In this document: one piece after another, positions 27,288 to 35,509 of the stretch
Layout of the letters: each line of letters begins with the position of its first letter
Position numbering within the stretch: position 1 is the stretch's first letter
Origin: an uncultured OM182 clade bacterium
GTDB taxonomy: Bacteria; Pseudomonadota; Gammaproteobacteria; Pseudomonadales; Azotimanducaceae
Direction: 5' to 3'
DNA length: 64,000 nt
NCBI GenBank assembly: GCA_905182025.1
Contig: CAJJAA010000017.1
Span: 6,672-70,671, forward strand
Translations under genes and position numbers: made by a program
Notes under the pieces: generated by a model
The model's input: only the letters and a program-made list of their open reading frames with translations
Databases searched by the model: none
What the model was told of the DNA's origin: nothing

Positions 27288-29513
27288 ATGGTAAAAGTCA
27301 GAGAGGAACAGCCTCTTCATTTTGATGGTAGTATCAATCTGGAATTATGGCTTAGTCAGCTTAATGAAATTAACCCTGATGTTAATCTGGGGAGAATTCG
27401 TGAGGCCTGCGATTTGTCTCAACAGGCAGAAGAAAAAGCCGTTGCGACCAATAGTGTCTGGCGTGAAGGTGTCAGTAGCTACAAAACTGGCCTCGACATG
27501 GCCAATATCCTATCCGAACTCCGAATGGACGAAGATGCCATAGTTGCAGGCATTATTTATCGTGCTGTTCGCGAAAATCAAATTACCCTCAACCACGTAC
27601 GGAAAAACTTTGGGCCGACAGTCGCCGATCTTGTCGAAGGCGTTCTCAAAATGGCTGTGATAGGCACAATTGATCTCAAGCCTAATCAAGCGGTTCTTGG
27701 TGTAAGGTCTGATCAAATTGAACAAGCCCGGCGCATGATTGTGGCGCTAGTTGATGATGTTAGGGTCGCCCTAATTAAGTTGGCCGAAAGAACCTGTGCA
27801 ATTCGAAATATTGCTCACAGCAGTGCTGATCAGAGAATTCGACTGGCTAGAGAAGTCTTCGATATTTACTCCCCGCTTGCTCATCGACTCGGTATCGGTC
27901 ATTTGAAATGGGAGTTGGAAGATATTGCATTTCGTTATATCGAGCCAGAGGACTACAAGCGAATCGCAACGCTGCTTGATGAAAAGCGAGTCGCTAGACA
28001 AGACTATATACGTAGAGTGATTGATACACTGCAAGACAAGCTAAAGATAATTAACGTCGAAGCCGATCTTGAAGGGCGCGCTAAACATATTTACAGCATC
28101 TGGAGAAAGATGCGTAATAAAGGCATTCCCTTTAGCGAGGTCTATGACGTCAGAGCGGTGAGAATTCTTGTGCCGACTGATAATGATTGTTATCGAGTTT
28201 TGGGTGTTGTGCACAATTTATGGCGTAGTGTCCCGTACGAGTTTGATGACTATGTTGCAAACCCAAAAGAGAATGGCTATCGGTCGCTGCATACGGCTGT
28301 CATCGGGCCTGAAGGTAAAGCGCTGGAGATTCAGATACGAACTCAGGAAATGCACCAGGAAGCTGAATTTGGGGTTTGTTCTCATTGGCAATATAAATCA
28401 ATCGATGGCGAGGAAAAGCCCGCTTCGTACGAAAATAAAATAACCTGGTTGCGAGGGATTCTTGAGTGGCAAGAGCAAGGTGATTTATCGAGTCTTGCGA
28501 AGGAGCTTAGGGATGAAGTTAGTCTCGATAGAATTTATGTATTCACCCCGGAAGGTCACGTAATTGACATGCCGCCTGGTTCAACGCCTGTGGATTTTGC
28601 TTACCGGGTCCATACGGAGGTTGGACACAAGTGTCGAGGCGCAAAGATAAATGGCCGTGTTGTGCCATTGAACACCGCGTTGAAATCCGGCGATCAAATA
28701 CAGGTTATTACTGCCGATATAGCTGATCCAAGGCGTGAGTGGCTCCATGAGCACCTTGGCTATGTTACGACGGGCAGAGCAAGGGCCAAGATTCAGAGTT
28801 GGTTTGGAAATCGAACCAAGCTTAAGAATATAGAAGAGGGAAAGCGCATCTTGTTTGATGAATTGCGCCATCTTGGAATCGAACGGATGACCGAGGAAGA
28901 ACTGCTTGGATATGTGCAGTTCGATAAGGGTAGCGATTTGTTTGCCGCTGTCGGAAGCGGTGATATTAATTCCCTTGAGATAATCAGCAAGGTTACAAGC
29001 TTGGTGGAGCTGGATGAAAGAGATCATCAGTTGAATCTAGGTCTCATTGAGCAGGAACACCTCGGTGATACTTCTCCGGTGTCAGGCATCGGTGATTTCG
29101 ACCACCAGATATCAGAATGTTGCGCACCGGTTCCCGGTGATTCGATTCTGGGTGTCATTGATGATGCGAATTTGGTGCACGTGCATCGACAAGATTGTAT
29201 ACAAGCACTTCGAGCTGATAGTTACGGTCGACTTTTACGGCTGGACTGGCAAGACGATACTCAAACGACGTTTCCGGTGACCGTAGCCGTAGACGCCTAT
29301 GATCGATCAGGTCTACTACATGAAATTACGGGTGTTTTCCTAGATGAAAAAACCAACGTGGTAGAGATGATTTCTCGATCGGACAAGAAGAGCAACAGAG
29401 TAAATATGAGCATGATTATGGAAGTAACTAGCTTGAATGAACTCCTTCGTACGCTGGAGAAAATAGAGCAGCTTCCGAATGTAATATCAGCTCGCAGATC
29501 AAAATTAGCCTAA
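27288..29513 (+). CDS. relA: GTP pyrophosphokinase RelA
   Basis: 741-aa RSH protein with a synthetase block (YRSLHTAV), TGS and ACT domains. The N-terminal hydrolase region lacks the HD motif, which points to RelA rather than SpoT. Confidence 0.9.
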   Translation: MVKVREEQPLHFDGSINLELWLSQLNEINPDVNLGRIREACDLSQQAEEKAVATNSVWREGVSSYKTGLDMANILSELRMDEDAIVAGIIYRAVRENQITLNHVRKNFGPTVADLVEGVLKMAVIGTIDLKPNQAVLGVRSDQIEQARRMIVALVDDVRVALIKLAERTCAIRNIAHSSADQRIRLAREVFDIYSPLAHRLGIGHLKWELEDIAFRYIEPEDYKRIATLLDEKRVARQDYIRRVIDTLQDKLKIINVEADLEGRAKHIYSIWRKMRNKGIPFSEVYDVRAVRILVPTDNDCYRVLGVVHNLWRSVPYEFDDYVANPKENGYRSLHTAVIGPEGKALEIQIRTQEMHQEAEFGVCSHWQYKSIDGEEKPASYENKITWLRGILEWQEQGDLSSLAKELRDEVSLDRIYVFTPEGHVIDMPPGSTPVDFAYRVHTEVGHKCRGAKINGRVVPLNTALKSGDQIQVITADIADPRREWLHEHLGYVTTGRARAKIQSWFGNRTKLKNIEEGKRILFDELRHLGIERMTEEELLGYVQFDKGSDLFAAVGSGDINSLEIISKVTSLVELDERDHQLNLGLIEQEHLGDTSPVSGIGDFDHQISECCAPVPGDSILGVIDDANLVHVHRQDCIQALRADSYGRLLRLDWQDDTQTTFPVTVAVDAYDRSGLLHEITGVFLDEKTNVVEMISRSDKKSNRVNMSMIMEVTSLNELLRTLEKIEQLPNVISARRSKLA

Positions 29514-29539
29514 TAAACTATTAATCCAGGAGATTCGTT

Positions 29540-30193
29540 GTGAAAATCATTCTATTGGGAGCGCCCGGTGTCGGAAAAGGTACACAGGCACAATTCATTA
29601 CCGAAAAATATGGTATTCCACAAATATCGACCGGAGACATGTTGCGGGAAGCAATCAAAGCTGAAAGCGAGCTTGGTAAGAAAGTTAAAAGCGTAATGGA
29701 AAGTGGTGCGTTAGTGACTGATGATATCATTATAGATTTAGTGAAAGAGCGACTGACAAAACCGGATTGTGCTAACGGCTATTTGTTCGATGGGTTTCCC
29801 AGAACGATTCCGCAAGCTGAAGCTTTAGTTGAGCAGGGTATCAGTATTGATAATGTGCTGGAGATAAAAGTTGAAGCCTCTGAAATTATTGCCAGATTGA
29901 GTGGAAGGCGCGTCCACGTTGACTCTGGTAGAATTTATCATGTCATATATAACCCGCCCAAAGTGGAAGGAAAAGACGATGTTTCAGGGGGTGATCTTAT
30001 CCAGCGGGATGATGATAAGGAAGAAACGGTAAAGGAGAGACTTAATGTTTATCGCGACCAAACAGAACCGTTAGTAAAATTCTATCAAGATCTATCAAAT
30101 CAATCTGGCGGAAGTTTAAAATATTCAAAGATTGAAGGTGTTGGTAATACTGACGAAATAAGAGCGAATATTTTCTCTGCGCTTGAATCTTAA
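29540..30193 (+). CDS. adk: adenylate kinase
   Basis: P-loop [10 protein letters not shown] in a 217-aa long-form Adk. Confidence 0.95.
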   Translation: MKIILLGAPGVGKGTQAQFITEKYGIPQISTGDMLREAIKAESELGKKVKSVMESGALVTDDIIIDLVKERLTKPDCANGYLFDGFPRTIPQAEALVEQGISIDNVLEIKVEASEIIARLSGRRVHVDSGRIYHVIYNPPKVEGKDDVSGGDLIQRDDDKEETVKERLNVYRDQTEPLVKFYQDLSNQSGGSLKYSKIEGVGNTDEIRANIFSALES

Positions 30194-30322
30194 CTTTGGT
30201 TTTGTCTTCAGGCTTGACGCCACATAACGTGTTCGTTAGCAGTTACAGTTGAAGGAAATTCTAGCTGAAACGACTAAAACATTGAAAAAGATACGTTTTT
30301 TAGAAAAAAAGTTAGCAAATTC

Positions 30323-30334
30323 TTTTTTTTTTTT
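30323..30334. repeat. T12 homopolymer in the AT-rich adk / histone-like gene spacer
   Basis: Counted directly: tc + 12 T + ctaaac. An A7 run (tagaaaaaaag) 12 nt upstream forms an imperfect inverted repeat with it. Confidence 0.9.
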
Positions 30335-30582
30335 CTAAACTGTATTACGTAAGTGCAACTGTATACATTTGTTCTTCACATTTTAGAAGGAGGTATCAAA
30401 AAGAAATCACTTAATTTGAATGTTGATTAGGTGAGTAATTTTTGAAACCGAATTTGAAAAGTGGTTAGTGACAGACACTACTGCCGAGGAGATGTGATAT
30501 AGCTGCTGACGAGAATGATGTACTGATGCGGTATTGATGCTGTACAAAGTTCAACTTTCAAACGAAAGACAGGAGTGTAAAC

Positions 30583-31002
30583 GTGGTCGCTAAAAAGAAA
30601 GCTAAGAAGAAAGTAGTTGCTAAGAAAAAAGTAGTTGCTAAAAAGAAAGTAGTAGCTAAGAAAAAACCAGTAGCTAAGAAGAAACCAGCTGCTAAGAAAA
30701 AAGTAGCGGCTAAGAAAAAGCCTGCTGCTAAGAAAAAAGTAGCGGCTAAGAAAAAGCCTGCTGCTAAGAAGAAAGTAGCGGCTAAGAAAAAGCCTGCTGC
30801 TAAGAAAAAAGTAGCGGCCAAGAAAAAGCCTGCTGCTAAAAAGAAACCAGCCGCCAAGAAGAAGGTAGCTGCGAAAAAAGTTGCTAAGAAAAAGCCAGCA
30901 GCTAAAAAGAAACCAGCTGCTAAGAAAAAGCCTGCTGCTAAGAAAAAGGTAGCGGCTAAGAAAAAGCCTGCTGCTAAGAAGAAAGCGGGTAAGAAGAAGT
31001 AA
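30583..31002 (+). CDS. Lys/Ala-rich histone H1-like (AlgP-like) basic repeat protein
   Basis: 139-aa ORF made almost entirely of AAKKK(P/V) hexapeptides. The GTG start has AGGAG 7 nt upstream, and a strong terminator follows. Confidence 0.75.
   Translation: MVAKKKAKKKVVAKKKVVAKKKVVAKKKPVAKKKPAAKKKVAAKKKPAAKKKVAAKKKPAAKKKVAAKKKPAAKKKVAAKKKPAAKKKPAAKKKVAAKKVAKKKPAAKKKPAAKKKPAAKKKVAAKKKPAAKKKAGKKK
30703..30846. repeat. 4 near-identical tandem copies of a 36-bp unit inside the histone-like CDS
   Basis: gtagcggctaagaaaaagcctgctgctaagaaaaaa starts at 30703, 30739, 30775 and 30811, with only 1-3 differences per copy. Related 18-bp units flank the array. Confidence 0.9.
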
Positions 31003-31022
31003 ATACGCGCTCGTTGAGTGAC

Positions 31023-31049
31023 AAAAAGCCCTCTTTTGAGGGCTTTTTT
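31023..31049. terminator. bidirectional rho-independent terminator
   Basis: A perfect 11-bp stem (aaaaagccctc / gagggcttttt) with loop tttt. An A-tract lies on one side and a T-tract on the other, between the convergent histone-like gene and mobA. Confidence 0.85.
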
Positions 31050-31180
31050 GTGTCTGAAATCCCTGCAGGCTCTTCTGTCCAGCCTATAGCGGCTCTTGTG
31101 TGGCAGCGTTTTTAGGCACAGGCTTCAGTCGTATTGATAAAAAATCCAATTGTTGCAGAAAAGCGCCTGCACACCGGCGT

Positions 31181-31798
31181 TTAGTGCAGATCTTCAGGAT
31201 GATTCAGGTTTCTGAATTGCTGCTTCAATTCACTTTCGAGTGTTATCCACGACAGGGTCGCGAGCCAAGAGACAACAGACCTACGATTTGTTTTCAGATG
31301 AGCCTCGATGCTTAGCAGGCTGCTGGTGCGAATGAGGGACGCGAGAGGTTCTGTCCCTTTACTTGTTTTGACTGATATTGCGTCTTTGTCACCCAATGCA
31401 TTAGCGAGATCTAGGACGATCGTCCTTGGTAAGAATGGCATGTCGCATGCCGTAATGAAGCAATAGGGCGTTGTAATTTTTCTACCGGCACTTAACAGGC
31501 CGGCAAGTGGTCCAATGCCTTCTTTGTTGTTTTGTTTATCGTCAGTCTCGCTATTGGTATTGTTGGTATCAAGATTGAAATCATCGATCGCAATGGGATA
31601 ATTGAATCGACGATATTGATCGAGGTCTTCATTGCAGCTGATCACAATATTCGAAACCTGGTCATGAAGTTTTTCAAGTACATGTTCGATAAGCGGTTTA
31701 CCATTAAAGATAAGTAAGCCTTTGTTCTTACGACCCATGCGTGTTCCGATGCCGCCGGCAAGAATGATGGCAGAAATTTCTGATGTTTTTAGTGTCAC
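31181..31798 (-). CDS. mobA: molybdenum cofactor guanylyltransferase
   Basis: N-terminal ILAGGIGTRMG and GPLAGLLS motifs. It contains a low-complexity N/D/T-rich insertion. Confidence 0.8.
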   Translation of the reverse strand: MTLKTSEISAIILAGGIGTRMGRKNKGLLIFNGKPLIEHVLEKLHDQVSNIVISCNEDLDQYRRFNYPIAIDDFNLDTNNTNSETDDKQNNKEGIGPLAGLLSAGRKITTPYCFITACDMPFLPRTIVLDLANALGDKDAISVKTSKGTEPLASLIRTSSLLSIEAHLKTNRRSVVSWLATLSWITLESELKQQFRNLNHPEDLH

Positions 31799-31881
31799 GT
31801 TAAGCTCGGAGTTTGAGTCACTAGTATGAAAATTACTTTTAGTACGTACGAAATTGTATCTGTCACTGAAGGGTTTGTCCT

Positions 31882-33822
31882 TTGAAAGAAGACGAGAGTC
31901 ACTTTTTTGACGAGACGAGTGATCTCGCCGGAGATCTGCAAGACTTTCGCTTTAGACCTGGTCAGGTTGAAATGGCATCGTTTGTTAGTAATGCGATTCG
32001 TCGATCACGCCATGCGATCATTGAAGCGGGTACTGGCACAGGTAAAACTTTTGCCTATTTAATGCCGGTACTGCGCTCGAAAAAGAAAGTCATCATATCG
32101 ACCGGTACAAAGAACCTACAGGATCAACTCTTCTCAAAAGACATACCTTTGGCGAACAAGCAGTTTGGGGTGAAGGTCGCCATTTTGAAAGGACGAGCTA
32201 ATTATCTTTGTCGAGACCGCCTCTTCAAAAATATCAAGATGATTGGGCAAGAGCATGCCGCAACGGTGCTGCAGGCGTTGAGTGAGGTTCAGGATTGGGC
32301 GACCCGCACACGTACAGGAGATTTAACGGAACTTCTCGACCCATCTGAGATGAATCCGGTCGTACCTATGGTGACAAGTACGACTGATAATTGTCTAGGG
32401 CAAGACTGTGATTACTACGACAGCTGTCCTGTGTATATCGCTCGCAGGCGTGCTCAAGAAGCGGATCTGGTTGTTGTAAATCACCATTTGTTGCTCGCAG
32501 ACCTAGGATTGAAGGAGCTCGATGTTGCTCAACTTTTGCCTTCTGCTGAAGTTGTGGTTGTTGATGAGGCTCATCAACTTCCGGATATAGCACGACAGTT
32601 TTTTGGCGAAAGATTTAGCTCAAGACAATTACTGGAACTAAGCGGTGATACAAAACGTGAACAGTTGCTTGTATCAAACGATGATCCAGGATTAATCGAA
32701 TGTTGTCATATGCTCGAATTGGCAACAGGTCGATTGACTCAAAGTTTCGCGCTGGCAGTAGGCGAGCTAGAGAGGAAGCTGGATGACAGTTCCGTTCAAG
32801 AAGTTATCGAAGAGATTGATTTACTGCTGTCAGACTTAGTGCGGTTTTTGAAGCTTGCTGCAGAACGTAGCGTTGGGCTTGAGCATTGCTACACGCGAGT
32901 TTTAAGTTTGGTTGACGTGTTTGCGACGATGACTTCGATAGGTGGAAATGAAGCTCATGCGCATTGGATTGAGATGATGGGATCACACCCACGATATTCA
33001 GGCTTTGTTATCCAGCGAGCACCGGTCCAAGTTTCGGAAGAGCTTGCGCCGATAATAGAGAAGAGCTCGCAGAGCTGGCTTTTTGTATCGGCCACGTTGA
33101 CGGTTAATAAATCTTTTGAACATTATAAGAGCGCTATCGGCCTAAAAAACATTGACGAATGTCGTTTGGAATCGCCCTTTGATTTTGCATCGCAGGTGCT
33201 CAGCTTCGTACCTTTAGGGCTTCCTGCTGCGGGTACAGACCAGCATACTCAAGCTCTTCTAACAGAGGTGTTACCTTTAGTGCGTCAGCATTCGGGTCGC
33301 AGTTTCATGTTGTTTACTAGCCATCGGGCGTTGCAACTCGCATCAAGGTTACTGCAACACGAGCACGATCTAACCTTCCTGACTCAGGGGTCGATGCCAA
33401 AGAAGGCGTTGCTGCAAAAATTCACGCAACTTCCTAGATGCATATTATTGGCAACGCAAAGCTTCTGGGAGGGGGTGGATGTGCGTGGTGCAGATTTACG
33501 TCTATTAGTGATCGATAAGCTGCCATTTTCTAGTCCCGATAACGCAATTTTTAGAGCGCAAAGCAAAGCGGTTGAAGAACAAGGCGACAATGCATTTCGC
33601 ACCCTTGCCTTACCGGAAGCCGCGATCACTTTAAAGCAGGGCTTTGGTCGACTTATTCGACAAGAGACTGACTCAGGACTATTTGTGCTGGGAGATTCCC
33701 GCATTATTGAAAAGAACTACGGCGGTGTTTTAAGAGCGAGTCTGCCTGAAATGCAATGGACTTCCTCGCTCGATGAAGCACAAAGATTTTTAGAAAAAAT
33801 TGACAATGCATCAACGCAATAA
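31882..33822 (+). CDS. yoaA: ATP-dependent DinG-family helicase YoaA
   Basis: Walker A AGTGTGKT, DEAH box VVDEAHQL and Fe-S cysteines (NCLGQDCDYYDSCPVY). Collinear similarity to E. coli YoaA as I recall it. Confidence 0.85.
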   Translation: MKEDESHFFDETSDLAGDLQDFRFRPGQVEMASFVSNAIRRSRHAIIEAGTGTGKTFAYLMPVLRSKKKVIISTGTKNLQDQLFSKDIPLANKQFGVKVAILKGRANYLCRDRLFKNIKMIGQEHAATVLQALSEVQDWATRTRTGDLTELLDPSEMNPVVPMVTSTTDNCLGQDCDYYDSCPVYIARRRAQEADLVVVNHHLLLADLGLKELDVAQLLPSAEVVVVDEAHQLPDIARQFFGERFSSRQLLELSGDTKREQLLVSNDDPGLIECCHMLELATGRLTQSFALAVGELERKLDDSSVQEVIEEIDLLLSDLVRFLKLAAERSVGLEHCYTRVLSLVDVFATMTSIGGNEAHAHWIEMMGSHPRYSGFVIQRAPVQVSEELAPIIEKSSQSWLFVSATLTVNKSFEHYKSAIGLKNIDECRLESPFDFASQVLSFVPLGLPAAGTDQHTQALLTEVLPLVRQHSGRSFMLFTSHRALQLASRLLQHEHDLTFLTQGSMPKKALLQKFTQLPRCILLATQSFWEGVDVRGADLRLLVIDKLPFSSPDNAIFRAQSKAVEEQGDNAFRTLALPEAAITLKQGFGRLIRQETDSGLFVLGDSRIIEKNYGGVLRASLPEMQWTSSLDEAQRFLEKIDNASTQ

Positions 33823-33918
33823 TCCCCATATTTACTTTGCCAGATTAGGTAAAGCAAAAAGAATTTCCTTGGCGAGTATTTGCTAAACTGACTAGGTGTC
33901 CTAACGAAAAGTAAATCT

Positions 33919-34605
33919 ATGAATATTTTGGCAATCGATACATCCACTCCAGTCTGCATGCTTGGACTTAAGATCGGCAATGAACTGTTTACCAATAGCC
34001 AGAGGGTAGACAGAACTCATAGCAAAGTTGTGCTGCCTAGAATTCTAGGGCTACTGCAAGACGCTGGCATTGATAAATCGGACATTGATCTCATTGTCTA
34101 TGGTCAAGGTCCCGGTTCCTTCACTGGTTTGAGGATTGGTGTCGGGGTTGTACAGGGGCTGGGTTTCGGCTTGGGGGTGAAGGTCGTTGGCGTATCGAGT
34201 ATGGCCGGTGTCGCTCAAACTGTAATGCGCAAAAAACGAGTCGATCACGTGTTGGTTGCTCTCACAGCTAGGAATAAAGAGGTTTATTTTGGTTCATATT
34301 CAAAGCAAAACACGATTGCTGTCGTTAATGGTAACGAGGGTGTTTGGGAAGCGAGTGAAGTTCCATTCCAGGCGAAGGATCTAAGCTGGTCAGCTGTTGG
34401 TTCCGGTTGGAACCTAAGCGACGAACTATCGCTCGCGACGGGTGTTGTACCGACGGATATCGAACTGGAGGTTGAGCCGATGGTTGAAGACTTTATCTGT
34501 TTGGGGCAACAGCGAGCGCTTCAAGGCTTTTCTACCAATGCGATTGATGCGATACCCGAATATTTAAGAGAGCAGGTGGCAACCCCGCCGAAGAAGCAAA
34601 GCTGA
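33919..34605 (+). CDS. tsaB: tRNA t6A biosynthesis protein TsaB
   Basis: MNILAIDTST and GPGSFTGLRIG motifs. Confidence 0.85.
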   Translation: MNILAIDTSTPVCMLGLKIGNELFTNSQRVDRTHSKVVLPRILGLLQDAGIDKSDIDLIVYGQGPGSFTGLRIGVGVVQGLGFGLGVKVVGVSSMAGVAQTVMRKKRVDHVLVALTARNKEVYFGSYSKQNTIAVVNGNEGVWEASEVPFQAKDLSWSAVGSGWNLSDELSLATGVVPTDIELEVEPMVEDFICLGQQRALQGFSTNAIDAIPEYLREQVATPPKKQS

Positions 34606-34609
34606 ACCG

Positions 34610-35281
34610 ATGCCTCGATTTAAATTGATACAGCAGGATTCAGGTTTTGAGCTTATAGATAGCCATCAGTCTCAGCTGGCGTTACGCATCGATTTTGGTT
34701 CATCGAAATTGCAGCATCGCGCAACCCGTGGCGGCAAAAAAGAACTCTTGCTCAGGGCCGTAGATGCTAAACCGGGCTTGAGGGTTATGGATTGCACGGC
34801 AGGACTTGGGACCGATAGTTTTTTGCTGGCCAATGCCGGTTGTATAGTGACGATGCTTGAACGTTCGAAAATTTTAAGTATTTTGCTGCGTGGTGCACTG
34901 CAGGCGAATGTGTCGCAGGATATACAATCAACGTTATCTCGAATGCACCTGATCGAAGCTGATGCGAAAGATGTATTGTTGAAAATGCGCAAGACCGGCT
35001 CAACGGATGAGGATCGAGGAGGCACGCTGCCCGACGTCATTCTTATCGACCCAATGTTTCCTTCACGAAGAAAACAGGCGTTGGTGAATGGTTCGATGCA
35101 GATGTTACAGAATTTTGTTGGTAAGGATCAGGATGCAACGGAACTACTCGGTCTTGCGATACAAACAGGCTGCTCGAAGGTTGTCGTAAAACGTCCGGCG
35201 AATGGAGACGAGCTCGATATGTTTAAGCCTTCATACCAGTATGTCGCAAAGGCAAATAGGTTCGATGTGTTCTTACAATAG
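34610..35281 (+). CDS. rsmJ: 16S rRNA (guanine1516-N2)-methyltransferase
   Basis: SAM-binding motif DCTAGLGTDSF and the LIDPMFP motif in a protein of about 223 aa (YhiQ family). Confidence 0.75.
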   Translation: MPRFKLIQQDSGFELIDSHQSQLALRIDFGSSKLQHRATRGGKKELLLRAVDAKPGLRVMDCTAGLGTDSFLLANAGCIVTMLERSKILSILLRGALQANVSQDIQSTLSRMHLIEADAKDVLLKMRKTGSTDEDRGGTLPDVILIDPMFPSRRKQALVNGSMQMLQNFVGKDQDATELLGLAIQTGCSKVVVKRPANGDELDMFKPSYQYVAKANRFDVFLQ

Positions 35282-35293
35282 CGTTGATTTGCT

Positions 35294-35346
35294 GGTCTTT
35301 TCACAAGGGCTTTTTGCAAGGTCTTTTTACAAGGTCTTAGCAATAG
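35294..35346. repeat. tandem array of a 13-bp unit (TCTTTTNACAAGG-like), 3 copies plus a degenerate 4th
   Basis: ggtcttttcacaagg / gctttttgcaagg / tctttttacaagg / tcttagcaatag, read directly. Confidence 0.8.
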
Positions 35347-35364
35347 ATCGTTTCAATGACCCAT

Positions 35365-35403
35365 GTGACAGATCTCTGTGACAAATTTGTGCGACAGATC
35401 TCC
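35365..35403. repeat. tandem array of a 13-bp unit, 3 copies (GTGACAGATCTCT-like)
   Basis: gtgacagatctct / gtgacaaatttgt / gcgacagatctcc. Copies 1 and 3 contain the AGATCT palindrome. Confidence 0.85.
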
Positions 35404-35509
35404 ATAAGAAGGCCTAGTCGCGACAAGTCGCCGGATAAGGGGCTCAGGTCCTCGTCTCGCCCCCGTCTCGGTTAATACCGATAAAGCCCTAGGGTAGCCA
35501 GTAACGCGT

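Noticed and set aside
30387-30433. A perfect AAGGAGG Shine-Dalgarno sequence, suggesting a small unannotated ORF.
   Set aside because: No ATG, GTG or TTG lies at 5-10 nt. The nearest ATG (30419) opens a 4-codon ORF.
30703-30846. Regularly spaced 36-bp repeats that could superficially look like a CRISPR array.
   Set aside because: The repeats are directly adjacent with no unique spacers, they lie in frame inside a coding sequence, and no cas genes are present.
30558-30857. A 99-aa minus-strand ORF (FFLAAGFFLAAT... repeats).
   Set aside because: It is the antisense reading of the Lys/Ala repeat gene. The plus-strand ORF has an RBS, a start codon and a terminator. The antisense ORF is a repeat-generated artefact.
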